A DNA stretch of 64,000 nt from Lama guanicoe. Its lineage: Eukaryota. The position numbers and the translations under genes were made by a program. Shown here piece after piece: positions 24,100 through 37,939 of the stretch. Within the stretch, counting starts at the first letter, position 1, and each line of letters opens with the position of its first letter. The DNA is taken from contig MU055744.1 in NCBI GenBank assembly GCA_013239625.1, forward strand, positions 464,355-528,354. Reading direction: 5' to 3'. A model generated the notes under the pieces. That model was not told where the DNA came from. It made no database searches and saw nothing but the letters and a program-made list of their open reading frames with translations.

Positions 24100-24420
24100 G
24101 TGGGTCGAGTGGTGGCCCTGCCTCCCCTACCCCAAGGCGATGCCCACCCCGAGTCTGAAGCTGTGACCTTACTCGGAAAGAGTGCTTGCACATGTAATTA
24201 AGTGAAGGGCCTCCAGATGAGACCCCGTCCACTGAGGGGACCACAGTCCAATGACAAGAGAAGAGGAGGCTGCGAGAGGACAGAGCCGCAAGCCAGGGCA
24301 CACTGGAGCCGCCGGAATCTGGAAGGAACCTCGGCAGGGAGCGCGGCTGGCAGCACCTTGACCTCGGCCCCCTGGCCTCCAGGCCCCAGAGGGCTCACGG
24401 CGTTGCTCTGCGCTCACCAG
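24100..24420 (+). mobile_element. MaLR LTR (MLT1-like)
   Basis: tgtgaccttactcggaaagagtgcttgcacatgtaattaagtgaagggcctccagatgaga ... agtccaatgacaag ... caccttgacctcggccccctggcctccag. Confidence 0.7.
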
Positions 24421-26970
24421 CGCGCGGTGACTTGCTTGTTTTGGCAGCCCCCAGGCGCTGATCTACCCCGTACACGCGTGTGCGCCCCTCGGGGCTGCTC
24501 TGACCCCTGGGGTGTCTGTGGTGGGGAGGAAGGGGCCGCCCAGAGCCCAGGGCTCAGGGAGGCGCTCGGGGCTGCATTACATCGATCTGTGCGCGTCTAG
24601 CAGCTCTGACCTCCGCGGGAGGAAAGCGGGAGCAACGCGATGGACTCGGAGCTGGAGGGCCTAGGGAGCACGGGGCAGCGTGGCCTGCCCGGGGGCTCTG
24701 GGGGGTGTGTGGGGTCTGGGCCGGGCTCCCAGAAGGCCCGGGCCCCGCACTCCTCAGCTGCGGGGTCCTGGCGACCTTCAGCGTCACTGCGGGCTTGCTG
24801 GGGTCTGGGGTGCCAGCAGTGGGTGAGTGAGACCACCCACGCAGCCTCTCCCTCCTAAAGATGCAGGTAGTCGGGGAAGACCGCAGAAGGGGCCACCGCA
24901 CTGGTGGGGTGGCCAGAGAGGGGGTGCTGCCTGGGAGTGGGGCCAGGGGTGTGTCGCCCAGGAGGTGGCATTAGACTGAGCTCTAATGACAGGTGGAGAT
25001 GCCCCCTGAGGTCTGGGGTCTGAGATGGGGAGGGCATCCCAGGGGGTGGTTCCCCCTCCGGAAGGAGCTGATGGACGAAGCAGGAGGGAAGCAGGCAGGG
25101 CCAAGGGCACCGGTTTCCTAAGAAGGGTGGGGGTGGGGACCCAGCTGCCAAGCGCAGTGGGACCAGGAGGCGGGGCCACAGCTGTCTGGTGACAACTGCT
25201 GGGAACGGCGAAGGGGTTCCCAGTGATGGCGGGACGAGGGTGGCACGCGGCTCTGGGAGCTGAATCGATACCTCCCGGGGTCGGGCCTGAGCAGCGGGAA
25301 GGATATGGTGGCCGGGGGCCCTAGGGGGAGGGGAGACCCACTCTGTGCAGACATTGGCGGGCAGCTGAGGTGTGAGTCTGGAGTGAGGACGACAGGCCGG
25401 GCTGGACAGGGTCAGGGGGCCACACGCCCAGAAGGGTCTGGCTCCCAGTGGGTGCCCGGTGGACACTGGCCAGTCTGCTTCCCGACTCTCCCCAGCCGGA
25501 GGGGACGGGGAAGTCCTGCAGGTGGGCAGGGGTGGCCCACGGGACGGAGGACCAGGGCCTTGCCCGGCGGAGGCTCCAGGGAGGACAGTGGCCTCTGGAT
25601 CAGCCTGTGGTTCAGGGAGCGTGCCGCAGGTCCCTGGACAGGAGGCCCAGGAGGGGAGCCGAAGGCCCCCCTTGCCTGCAGCTCCTCCTCAGCGTCCCTG
25701 GGACCGCCCTCTGGGCCCTGGTGGGGCCTGGGGAACTTGAGGGGGTGAGCCACACTGCCGGGCCTCCAGGCCTCGGGAACCCTCTTTCCCCCGGAGACAG
25801 GAAAGTGCATCAGCCTGGGGTCCAACTTACACCCGCCCTTCCGTCTGAGGCCCCGGTGTGACTGTCTCCTGCAGGCTTCCCTGCGGTGCCAAACACCCGT
25901 CCACCCCGCTCTCCCCAGACCGTGGCAGCAGGAAGGTCGGACTTCCTGTGTACGATCCTGGGGAGCCAAGTTGAGGAGGGATGTGGGCTCGAGAGCTTTC
26001 CGGGAAACACAGAGACTTAGTTTCCGAAGGAACACTTGGTGAGGCAGGCAGGAGGGGCAGGGCACAGCCACTCAGGGAGTGACACAGCAACGGGAGCGTC
26101 GACTCCCAGCGACCCTGAGCTGCACGATGCCCTCACTGCACTACATCAGCAGGGGGAGGGCCCCCACAGGCGCCAGGATGCCGGGGGCGGACCAGGAAAG
26201 GCCGGGACGTGGGCGGCGGCCCGACTCCTGGGGATCCCCGCCCCCGCACCTGTCAGCCTACAACGGTCCTCAGCCCATAAACGCCGGCCCCTACTCTGCA
26301 CGGCCCCCTCTCTGGTCTCTGGGAGGCTGCGCTCTGTCTGTGGAGCGTGTGTCTCTGAGTAAATCCACCCCCACTGGACTGCGGCTGGTTCCCAGACGCC
26401 TTCCTGCGGGAAGCCAAGGACCCTCACGTGGTGGGGCCGGGTCCCGGGACACACCGTCCTCTCATGCCCCGTTTCTCCTGTGTCACCGGCACACCTCGTC
26501 TCAGGGTTCCTGGTCTGGGCAGGGCTGATGGGGATCCCGAGGGACCCAGTCCAGGGTGAACTGTCCCTGTTGTCATGCCCTCCAGGCCAGCCCACCTGGG
26601 CCCACCTGGCAGTGGGAGCGGCGGGCCTTCCCCCCTCCCCCTGGGCCGTGGGTCCCCTGGATTCCTTCTTGGCCATCAGACGGGAATCCTCCCCTTGGCT
26701 GGACGGAAGAGGCTTCTGTCGGGGCTTGGGCTGGGTTTGGTGGGTGGAGAACTTCCCACAGCACATTCTAGTCCATTCGTGAGGTGCGTCTGACGCCCTC
26801 TGGGTGCCCAGGTCTGTGCCAGCCTTGGGGGGCGGGTGCTGAGGGGGCAGACAGACCCTGAGGACCTTCGTGGGAGGGTAAGGGAGCCTGAACGTGACAA
26901 TTTGAGGGTGATTTGGGGCAGATCGGAGCAGCAGGACTGTGTGCCGTGAGAGGCCAGAGCAGGAGGGGCC

Positions 26971-27330
26971 TGTCACTGGCTGAATTGTGCCCCCACTCCA
27001 CATGTTGAGGGCCTCACCCCAGGACCCCAGAATGAGCCCTCATTTGAAGATAGGGTCTTTGCGGAGGGGACTGCTAGGTTAAGACGAGGTGTCACTGGAG
27101 GACGGTGGGCCCCTCATCCCACGTGACTGTCCTCGTGGGAAGGGAAGAGGGGACACACACAGGCACGCACACCGGGAGAAGGTCCTGTGCAGAAGGGGGC
27201 GGAGGCTGGGCGCTGCGGCTACAGCCCAGGACCCCCAGACACGGCCCGCCGGCCCCAGGAGCTGGGGGAGCCTCTGTGGGTGCGCCGGTCGCTGCCCTGC
27301 GCCCGACGGCCACTGTCTGCCTCCGCCGTG
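26971..27330 (+). mobile_element. MaLR LTR (MLT1B/C-like)
   Basis: tgtcactggctgaattgtgccccc...catgttgagggcctcacccc...cagaatg...atttgaagatagggtctttgcgga. Confidence 0.75.
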
Positions 27331-28274
27331 CACACGGGCTCCTGGAAGCCCACGTTCTCCCCGGCCCAGGACCCTCGCATCACGGGCCTTGCTGACCCGG
27401 CTGGGACCAGAGAGCAGCTGATTTGCGTCTCTGAGGGACCCCAGCTGGGGCTTGAACATGAGTGCAGTCAGCCCAGGCTGAGGCCCCAGGAAGAAACAGT
27501 CACTGCGTGGGATGGGCGGGGTCCAGAGAGCCCGGATTCAGGGCTGAGGGGGCAAGAGGTGGGCAGGAACACAGAGGGAGCACAGTCAGCCCGGGCTCGT
27601 CCCTGAGTCGGGTCCCAGGCAGGACGACGGGGGTGGGAGGCGCACAGGGAGAGAGACGCCCCCACCCAGCACTCCAGGCTGCCTCCGTGTCCCCCCGGCT
27701 CAGCCCAGCAGGCTGCTCCCCCGGAGCCTGGACAAGGGGGAGGAGAATCACGAATAGGAGGAGGCCCCAGCCCTGTGCTGTCGCCGGCTCCTGGCGAGCG
27801 TCTTGCCTCGTCACTGCCTGCTTTGCCTGTTCTTGAGATCAATGACATCTGGTGAGGGGGCAGATGGCCCCAAGGGCCGCCTCCGTCCCCTGCCTGTGCG
27901 GGGCATGCGGGCCTCCTGGGCGCGGGGAGGGCGCAGCCGAGGGCTGACCAACGGACGGGGCTGCGGTCCTGCTCTAAGGCCCCAGGACACTCAAATCCTT
28001 GACACTCATCCCCGTCTCACAGGTCCAGACCCTCCCTCCGGCTGGGACGACCCCCAGGCTCCTGAGGCTCTTCTGAGATGAAGGATCCAGAAGCTGGGAG
28101 GGGGCGGGGCGTCTCACGGCCGTAACATCTCCCTCCGTCGCCTTCCTGATCCCAGGCTCCGCTTGGCCGCGTGCAGGGCCTCGCCCAGGCTGGACGCCGG
28201 CCCTGCTGGAGCTCAGGCTTACAGACTTGGTAGGGCGTCGGAGTACAGTACGGCCCTTGGCGCTCCCGTACCGG

Positions 28275-28390
28275 GCATGGGGATCTGGGTTCTAATCCTG
28301 ACAGCGCCAGTGACCAGCCGAGGGTCAGGTGACTGCAGGCAAGACGCCTCGCTCTCTGTCCTCCGTTCTCTCATCTGCAGAAAACTCCCC
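28275..28390 (+). mobile_element. MIR
   Basis: gatctgggttctaatcctgacagcgcca ... ggcaag ... ctctctgtcctccgttctctcatctgcagaa. Confidence 0.7.
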
Positions 28391-30047
28391 TCTAGGGGAC
28401 AATGGGTCTAACCATCCCTGCCCGCCTCCCCCAGACCAGCCTGGTGCATGAGTTCACTCCCTTCCTTAGGCACCAGGAACAGCATCATCCATCACACGCG
28501 CCACAGAGTCGCTCAGGCGGCTGCCCCTCGCCCCACCCCAGGTGTCTTCACAGCCAGACTGTAAGCGCCCATGGGCCAGACTTGCTCACGGCCGTACCCA
28601 GCACCGAGCAGAGGCCTGGCCCAGACACGCTCAGACGGGTGCTGGCTGAAGGGAGGCGGGGTGGGCCCTGGAGGAGGGCAGGCAGTCGCAGTTCGGCCCT
28701 CCCTCCCGGAGCAGGCACTGCAGGGCCCCCAGGGCTCCCCGGGTGGACACCTGAGCGCCCCCCGCCACCGCCCCACGGTTCTGCTTCTGCCCCCGGGGGG
28801 TGGGGCTGGGGCTGCGCTCCTGCCTCCCGGGGCCTCGCTGTCTATACCGCGAGGGGCTGCCCTGTGATCCCAGGCCCCTCTGGAGAGCTCTGCCAGGCCT
28901 GGGGACAGGGGCCGCCGTGGGGGTCACACCGCCCCTGGTGACTCTGGGTTCTGCGCGAGCTGCTCACAGCCGAGCCACCGCGGGTTTTTCCACTGCCTGC
29001 TCGGCTGCGGCCTCTGCCTCCCGGGCAGCAACTTCATTAGCTCTGTTTTCCCAAACAGGCAAGCGTGACTCAGCACTTTCACACGCGGTCTAAATTTGTC
29101 GCTAACCCCCCAGGTGTCTTTTAGCTCAGTCCTGCGGGAAATTAGATCATGGGGCTTAGAACCCGGATTAGAGGGTGATTTCCAGCAGCTTCTGGCTCCC
29201 TGCTCGGACAAGGTTGGGTCCCTGTTGGACAGACCTTTGTCCTGGCCGGCTCCCCGCTGGGCCGGGGTCACAGATGTCTCAGGCTCCTTCTGACTGTTCC
29301 CTTCCTGTTCCCAGGAGGGGGCGCGGGCGGTTCAGCCCCAGCAGCGACTGGGAGCGAGGAAACCAGGCCGCCACCTGCGCTGGCGCACTGCAGGCTCAGG
29401 GCTGAAGCGGCCTCGGAGCCTTCCTGGGGCTCCGTCTGCAGCCCCCTCCACTCTGCCCCCCCTGCCCCTCCTCCCCCCACCCCTGTTCCTCCCTCTGTGC
29501 CAGGCCTGTGCTGGGGGCTGGGGGGGATGGACGTGGCCCCTGCCCTCGTGGACCTTGGTGGGGGGCCAAGGCAGCAAGCCAGCTGCCTGACGGTGCGCCG
29601 TGACCCGGGGGCGGCCCCTGGGGCCCACCACCTCCACCTCTGACCCCTGGCCAGGGCCGTGAATGTGGTCGGCCGCCCGGGGTCATGCAGCACAGGGTCT
29701 GTTAGGAGGGCGGGGGGACCCCAACAGCCAGACCAAGCCCCAGGCCCCGGCTTCTCCCTGCCCACCTCCGGCCCCCTCCCCAGCTCACACCCCTTCCTCT
29801 GCACGCACAAGCACCTGCTCCCCTCCCATCTGGGGGTGCAGGGGGCGGCCCTGTGGCAGGCGGAGGAGCCCAGGGTTCCCTTTCCCGGAGCACCCGGAGG
29901 CAGGTGTCTGAGTCGGGGGCGTCTCTGTGCCTCTGGACAGAGCCAGCCTCCCCTCCCCGGCCCCGACCCTGCCACAGTCCTTCTGTCTCGGCAGCGTGCC
30001 CTGGGCCTGGGCGGGCAGTGGGGGCGCGGGGTGCACTGAGGGAGCCT

Positions 30048-30448
30048 TGTGAGCTTCTGGGGGCTGCTGCGACAAATCACACGAACTTTGCGCCTTAAAT
30101 ACACGAGTGTTTAAGTCCTAAAATCAAGGTGTCAGAGCTGCTCGTGGGAGCTGCGGGGAAAGCCCGCGTTCCCTGGCTCCCAGCCCTCCCTCCCTCCGTC
30201 TCTGGGCTGACGGTACCTCCTCCTCCTCGGCTCCCCTCCTCAGGACTTCTTTCCACGCTGAGCGCCTCCCCTCCCTAGTGAGGACCCTCGCGGTGGCGCT
30301 GGGCCCGCCCGCCTCTTCCGGGACAGTCTCTCCGGTCAAGTCCTTAACTTGATCACCTGCTGAGTCCCCTTGACACGTAAGGCACGTGTTCGTGAGTTCT
30401 GGGGCAGGACGTAGCCTCGTTGGGGGGCTGCTCTTCTGTCCCCCACAC
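30048..30448 (-). mobile_element. MaLR LTR (MLT1C-like)
   Basis: gggctgctgcgacaaatcacac...aaatcaaggtgtcag ... aagtccttaacttgatcacctgc...acgtaagg...ctgtcccccaca. Confidence 0.8.
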
Positions 30449-33400
30449 AGTCACAGTGGCCTGCGTGTGAACCCCTGATCCCTGTGCCCCCCGGCCTCCG
30501 CTCAGCCTGAGAACAGCCCACCTGGCCGAGGCTCTGAGGGGCTTGATCCTCACTGAGACCCGAGGCACAAGGCTGGCCACCGCCATCAGGAAAGCCGGAG
30601 GCACCGCGCCCTCCCACTACAGGCCGCAAAACATAATCATGGACGCAGAATACCTTACGCATTCATGTGGGTGATACTCCCTGCTTCTCCTGCCGTCATC
30701 AGGCAGCTGAATGACACGGCCAGACGCCCCGGACAGGCTGCCAACGTCGCTGTCGGCGCCACCGAAGTTGAGCTGTAGCGCCGAGCAGATGGCCCAGGGG
30801 CCAGACGGCTCGTTGCTGCCCTCCATCGGGTCCCGGGGCCCCTCGCCCGCTAGGCCTCTCCTGTCCGACAGTCCGGTGCTGCCCACGTGCGCCGGCAGGA
30901 GTGACAGCTTCCCACACTTGTCGCTGCCCGGGTCTGAGCCCGGGCCCCCTCCCCGCCTGGTTCCTCTTCGCCCTGGTCTGGCTCCTGGAGAAACGGAGTA
31001 GAAGCCCACTCCCGTGCGGCTGCGACAGAGGCCCCCGCTGGAGCCCCACACCCCCACTTCTTGGTCCCTCTGGGCCAGCAAGGAAGCCCCCAGTCCTGGG
31101 TCTGGCTTGACCTCCTCTTGTTGGAATTTCAGGAACCACTGAATTTCCGTTTTCTGTGGTGGAAATTGGAGTGGTGACGGCAGGCGGCCTGCCTCCCAGC
31201 CTCGCCTCATCCGCCCGGGACTGTCTCCGCAAGAAGGCCAGCGCGGCCTGCTCCTGCTCCTGCTCCGCGCCCGAGGCTGCCCACTGCCCACTGCCTACTG
31301 CCCACGGAGCGGTCCAGCCTCCTCGCAGCCGGGACCCGCAGGGGCGGGCCTGGGGTGTGCACGTCAGCGTGCTCACCTGCAGACGGGGTCGGTGGGGGCA
31401 GAAGCGCCCGGGTCCCTGGGGGAGAAGACTGCCGGCTGGACGGCCGGGAGGCCCACAGCCAGCCTTCAGGAACGTCGCTCCCTGCCTGCCGACAGCAGCA
31501 GTGCCCGGCGCAGGGCTGGCCCCACACAAGCTGCCTGTGACCTTAAAAACCCCCTTCCTCTCTGGGGTCGGTGAGGGGCTGGCCATCTTTGCCCATTTAC
31601 CTATAGGGTGGGAGCTTGGTTGGGGCCAGTCACCCCATCCCCACTTTTGAGGTTGAAGGATGAAGGGAGGGTGATCTGCTAAGGCCACCTGTGGGGGTTC
31701 GTGCAGCACGTGAGGATGAAGCGCGCCGGCCACACACACACACGCCCCCACGCACACACGTGCAGTGGCTGAGCCTGGCGCTGGGCTGGGGCTGGTGTCT
31801 GATCCTGACGCCCCTGCCATCCCAGGCAGACTCCCCACTGGGGTCGTGCAGACATGCACTCAGAGGCTGAGTCACCTCCCCGAGTTCACCCAGCCCTGCA
31901 ACCTGGCCTCTCTGATGCTAGTGCAGCATCTCCCAGGTGTGGCCCCAGGTGTGATTTTATGTCAATAACCATGGCAAGGACTGGTCCCCGTCATCCCCCA
32001 TCTCCTGCTTGCCCAGGGTCCGGGAAGCTCCCAGCCCCCCTTGCCCTCGGGGTGAGGCCGCGGACTGACTCTGACCAGTGACGACCTCATGGTGCCTCCC
32101 TCCTTCTGCTCCGAGAAGCCCCTGGTGGCCCACGGATGGACATGCCTGGATCCCTGCGGCGCCGCGTGGACGAGAGAGGAGGGAGGAGACGTGGGCCGTC
32201 TGTCCACTGCCCTTCATCCTGAAGTATCAGGAAAACTAACGCAGCCCGCCATTGGGCTGTGGGTCAGACCCGTGGTCGCTTCACACGAGGGGTCTCTTTC
32301 TGTGACTGGCAGCGCAGGCGGTCCCTGGAAACGCTAATCCTCCGGGTGGCTGCGGCTGAGTCTGCAAGGCCAGCGCCCGCCAGGCCACGCTGCCTCCCCC
32401 TTCCTGCACCCCGAGGCTCGGGCTGGCGTCCTCTGCCTTTAAAAGTCCTCCCTGGTGGCAGGTGCCTTTTAGGAAACCCGTCTCCTCACCCCTGGCTCCT
32501 TCATGCCGACTTCTCTCCAAGTTTGGCAGTCAGACACCTTACATCCAGAAAGGCAGACGCAGGCTCGCTTCCCTGGTTTATAAAGCCAGCGGTTCCGTGG
32601 AGCTCACGGCGGCCTGAGTTTCACGCGGCCCTTTCACACGCGCACTCCGTCCTACGGCTGAGGGAGGCGACAGGGGAGCGCGGTGCCCCTCCTCGCGCAG
32701 GAAACGGGCGCGCCAGCCCCTCGCAGCACAGGCGGCTCTGCTGACCCCAGACAGGCGGAGACGCGGGTGCAGGGCTGGCTCCGCCGCCTGGAGCCCAGAG
32801 GTGTCTCTGTGACGCATCAGAAAACAACCCGCCACCGAACACAGACGGGGCCCCAGGGTGGGGCCGGGCCCTCCGGGTGAGCTGCCCCTTAATAAAGCCC
32901 CGGGGGGCCAGGCTGCTGGGACACTCAGATGTGCACACCCCGTGGGCTGGGCGGGAATGGAGGTCATCCTCCCTCGGGCAGACAGCCGCCCGGCTCCCTG
33001 ACACCCCGCTCCGCTGGCACACCTGCCGCCGGCGCCAGGCACAGGGACAGCCAGTGCAAGGGCGTGAGGCTTCAGCCACGTGACCTGGAAGTGGGCACCT
33101 GCGCCAACACGGGCAGTGGTCCCTTGAACGCGTGGCCTTGTGGCTCTGAGACGGGCATGCTCCGGCCGTCACCCACTCTGGTCCGTGGGGCTGGCCTGGC
33201 AGCACGGCGAGGTGGTCGGCCCCCAGCCTGCCCTGAGGTCTGCTGAAGTCAGCTGAATGCTCCCACCTGAGCCTCCCCAGTTCGGGGACGGCTGTGATGA
33301 CGAAATACGGTCATGAACTTGAGGGCCCAGCCCGGAGTCCAGCACGCTGCGCTCAGTGGACAGGGGCCCCGGGGAGCAGCCAGCCAGGCCAGCCAGCCCG

Positions 33401-36149
33401 GGGGCCCGCATCTCCTGGTCCCTGTGTTCTCACCGCTCGGCCCCAGCTGCAGCCCCTGCGCCCACGTCCGGCCCCGGCCTGGGTGCTTCCCGGAAGCTCA
33501 CGGCTCAGGGGTCACTGGCAGTGATCCGAGTGGGTCCTGTTGGACCTCCTTCCCTCCACGGGCAGTGGTGCGGCCGCCATCACACGGTGTCCAGCGCTGG
33601 GGCAGGGATTTGACTGTGTCAGCTTGACCTCCAGCATTTATCACCTTTTCCACCGTGCACAGAAAGGCCCTGGGTGTTAACTTTCTATGTCCCTTTTGAG
33701 TTCTTTTGGGAAGATGGCTCGTCTCGGAAGCCTGTGTTTGGGAGGAGGGCAAGAGGAGGTGCGGGTCTAAGAACGGGATGTTTGGATTACTCTAGGACTG
33801 TGCTCCTAGACCCACTAAGGGCTGGAAGAGGCTGCCAGAATTTCCCTGCTATTTTATTTCATTGTGGGTGAAACTAGCTGTCAGTTTTGCATCCGAGAAA
33901 CAGAGACTCGTGACACCGTCTGGAATTGTCTGTCTCTGGCTCCTGCGCAGGACCTTGGGGACTGGCTGTCATGTCTGGCCTGGAGCTCACCACCCTGGGT
34001 CTCCCCGCCCCGGGCCACGTTCCCGCCCGCCTTCCCCCGATGAGTGCGGGCGGACGGCCTCCCGGGAGGAAGGACATGGGAAAGCTCTTCCGGACACCAC
34101 GTCTGCAGCCCCAGGTTCGCAGGCCAGGCCGTGGGAGAACTTTCCCCGAGCGTCTCCCCTCCCGGCCCCTCCCGCCGTAACGCCCGCCCCTCTGAGTGGC
34201 CGGACGCAGCCGCTGGTTTGTTCTTCCTTGCGGCCTGCTGCAGCCAATTTAACGGGCACTGGCGCCCGCGTAAGGGAGACGTGCAGTGGACGGGAGAGCC
34301 TGTCCCGCTGACTGAAGGGGGCGGCGGTGGGAGTCGGGAGCCTGGATGGAGGGGCCGAGCATCTCTGGGTCTCTGGCCTCGGGGGCGGCCCAGGGGTCTG
34401 GGCTGGAGCCGGTGGCACGGAACACGCTGCTCAGCAGACCCGAGAGCCCTGGGTGGGAGAAGCTGCCGCAGTGGGTGGGGCAGTCCCCCAGGAATGGCCG
34501 AGACCTCAATAAGCAAAGGCGAAAAGCAGGAAGGCCCCCCACCGCAGCATTCTTGGCGACCTTGCTTCCAAGCCCGCGGCTGGCAGGGAACGATCACTAA
34601 GGAGGTGACCGTCTCTTTCCAGAGTCCGCTGCGGGCGCGGCCCGGGAGGCCGCAGTCCTCGCTCTCGGGCCTGACTCGGGGAAGGACAAACGCCCGAGTA
34701 GGGTGCCTGTGCTCTTCCTGGCAATCCTGGGGACCCTGGCCAGTTAGCAGACAGTGTGACCTTGCCCTGCGTTCCCCAAACGCGGCTCTTCCTTCAGTGG
34801 GAGCCCAAGGCTGGGTGGCCGGGACGTGGTCCCATCCCGGGTCTGCGGCTAGCGAGCTGCACCAGCCTTCTCGGGTGTTAACTAGTCTCTGTGGCCCCAC
34901 TGCCTTCGCCTGCTGGTGCCTTGCAGGGCAGCCAAGGACGACGGGAGTGCTCGAGGAAGACAGTTTCGCCAGGCGGGAGGGAGGGGTCTGAGGGGCCACA
35001 GGGTGCTTCGCCTGGAGGATGGGCTCCCTGACGTCATCTGTGTTGGCACCTGCTGCTCCCGCCAGCCCTGCACAGGGGCACAGAGGAGCGGCCGTCTCCC
35101 GGGGGGCAGAGGATGCCCCCTCGGCAGCCCTCCCCTGCGGCCCGGCCTGTGTGCGCGGCGGGGGTTAGGGGCGGGTGCCGGCCTGCAGCCCGAGCCCTGT
35201 GACTTCATGCCTGAGCCGTGCCCTCCCCCCTGCGCCAGCACAGGGCTCAGACCCGGCTGGGAGGCCGGGGTGGCCAGGGCGGGGGGGGGGTGAGGTCTTT
35301 AACGCAGAAGTTCCCCTCGGAAGCAGACAGCAGCCCCTGTCATTTCACCAAAGCGGAGACCAAATCTTGAAGCCAAGGGCGCATCCGGGCCGGCTCGCTG
35401 CCCCGTGTCTAAGCTTGCGTGAGCGCTTGGAGTTAGCCAGTGTGTGCCCGTCCGCGCGCGTGCGTGTGTGCAGGTGTGCGTGTGCAGCGGGCAGCGGGAT
35501 GGAGGCATACGGAGGAAAGGTCCCTCTCCCCCACCTCCCCCGGCGAGCGTGGAGCGGAGACGGAAGCCAGCCCTCCGCCTTCCTTGGCCGGGGCCTCGCC
35601 TCCCGCCGCCGTGCTGCTCGGGCAGCAGCAGTGACTCACCCGCGCCCGGCTAGGGCCACAGGGTGGGCCCAGATCCTTGCCCACCGTTCTGGCACCTTCC
35701 GCTGCCTGCTGCGTGGTGATGAATAAGCGTCTGGTGACTCATCGGCTGGAGGACGGGCACTGCGCGCGGACGACTGTCAGCCCAGGGCAGGGAGAGGGGT
35801 GCGGGGCTCCGGTCAGCGGGCCTGCGCTGGCTCCCTGGTGGGCCTCTGCTCGGAGGAGGTGAGGTGCCACGTGGGGCCAAGGGTCTGCCCCAAGCGGGCC
35901 CCTCCTGGCTTTAGAGTCCTGGATTCGGCCTTTTGTCCAGAACAACAAAGAATGGCCTCGGGGAGACACAGGGTCCCGAGGCCACTTACATCTCTGCTGA
36001 CCTGACGGAGTTGGGGAAGGCAGAAGTCCCACTCAGATGGACTAACTACCCGGGGTGAGGCCTCGCGGGCGCAGGGACGCGGGAGCACGGGACACAGCCT
36101 TTCAAGAGCACTTTAAGAGGCAGCGGCCTGAGTGCCCGCCTCACAGAGG

Positions 36150-37080
36150 CCGTGAATGTCCACCTACCGGCAAACTGATGGGAATTTATGCAAATGGAAG
36201 GATTTCCAGCAACAGCATCAAACACAGACTCAGCAAGAGAAGAGCCCGAGGTGGGGCCCCGAGGGCGCGGGATGCTCGGCAGTGGGGCGGCCGGCCGTGT
36301 TGGGACAGCGCGGCAGCCTTCTGGAAGAAGGTAAAGCCGGACCCGCGCCTCACACGGCACAAACCCCGGAGGCGCTGAGGGAGACGCCAGAGGAACGCAG
36401 CCGTGACTGCCCCGGCTGCGACTCCCCGGCCAGAAGCGCTGGCACGGACGCAATTCTGAACACGTCTGAAAACCCCCCCGTCACCACAATCCAGAAAATC
36501 TCAACAAACCGCATGATGTTTGCCGCTCGCAGAATCACAGACGAGGGCTGACTTCCCACGGGTGAGGGAGCTCCGAACATTGATATGGGAGAAAAATCTC
36601 AACAGCTGAGCAGGGAGAAAACAGGCCAGAGCTCCGAGCTGAGAGGCCCGGAGAGGCCCCGCCAGCGGCCCAGAGGCACGCGAGAGACGCCGTCCTGGCT
36701 CTTCATCGGAGACGGGAAGGCCCAAGGAGCTCGGGGACACCGCGTCTTACCTCCCAGGCTGGGAACCCCCCAAGGACGCCCCGGGCACTCCGGGAAGCCG
36801 GCGCTCCGGCCGGCTGCTGGAAGGAGGCAAACTCAAGCCCCGCCGGGCAGAAGGACGGAGCGCTGGCCCTTAGACCTTTACTCCAAAGACACGCGCCATG
36901 TGCAGCCTCGGGGTGATTTTACGCAGGCTGTTCACGCGGCGCGGCTGTCAAGAGCAGACCGTTAGAAACGACCCGAATACACGCCGTGGGGTGCCGGTTA
37001 CACGCACCGCGCCACTCTGCACAGGGGACGAGCACAAAGCGACGAAAAGGAAGGGCTCCGTGTCCCTAATGTCACCTTCA
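36150..37080 (+). mobile_element. Ancient L1M (L1ME-like) ORF2 3' region, heavily GC-shifted
   Basis: tgggacagcgcggcagccttctggaagaaggtaaagccggacccgcgcctcacac (36301-36355) and gctgttcacgcggcgcggctgtcaagagcagaccgttagaaacgacccgaatac (about 36927-36980) are colinear with recalled L1 ORF2 C-terminal blocks; A-rich + strand. Confidence 0.65.
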
Positions 37081-37813
37081 GGGAGAGTTATGTGAAAACG
37101 GCAAGACGCAGAGTGACACACGAGCGGGGCGAGGGCGCTACTTGCCACCTCTCGTTGCTGGTTTATTCTTGTAGCCTGTGAAAATCATCTCCAACAGTGG
37201 ATTTATTAAAATAAAATCTTGCCGCAGGAGACCCTTTGAGAAACAGTTCACCCACAGGACACCACATGGAGGTGGTTCTCACGGGGCTTCCCCTCGGCGC
37301 CACAGGTTGGGCCACCAAGGAGGGGATGTCCTATCAGCTGGTGAGCAGACAGGCCCCTTGGCCACCAGCAAGAGTTGCCTGAGTCTGGTGACGCATCAGA
37401 TGCACCGTCCGGCTGTGCGCGCCTGGGGCCGGGGGGCAGCCCCGTCCAGCGCGTCCGAGGATTCAGCCTCACTCTTCACGGGCCAGCACCCACGTGGCCA
37501 CTTCTCCAGATCTTGCCTCTTTCAGTGACAGGTGGCACGTCTTCCTGGGCCACACCTACACAGACGTCTGGGCAAGGGTCCGACCCCAGCCCCCGCCCTC
37601 CCAAACCCTCGCCCCAGCCCCCCGACAAACCCCCGGGGGGGGCCGTCCCAGCTGAGGACGGGGAGCCCGGTGCCTCCTGCACAGAGCGGTGCGAGGTCAC
37701 GGCGGGCGGGTGGTAACATCGGCCTCTCAGTGGAGCCCGTGCCCGTCTTTACCACTTGCAGTCTTCAAACGGAATTCCGTGAAATGGTGCGATAAAGACG
37801 ACATCCTGGTGGC

Positions 37814-37939
37814 GGGGAGGGTGGAGCTCAGGGGGAGAGCGCGTGCCTAGCACACACGAGGTCCTGGGGTCAATCCCCAGCACCTCCATTTATAACTGAC
37901 TAACAAAGTCTAATCACCTCCCGCATCCCGGCAAATAAA
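37814..37939 (+). mobile_element. Vic-1-like SINE
   Basis: GGGGAGGGTGGAGCTCAGGGGGAGAGCGCGTGCCTAGCACACACGAGGTCCTGGGGTCAATCCCCAGCACCTCCATTT...CTAATCACCTCCC. Confidence 0.85.
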
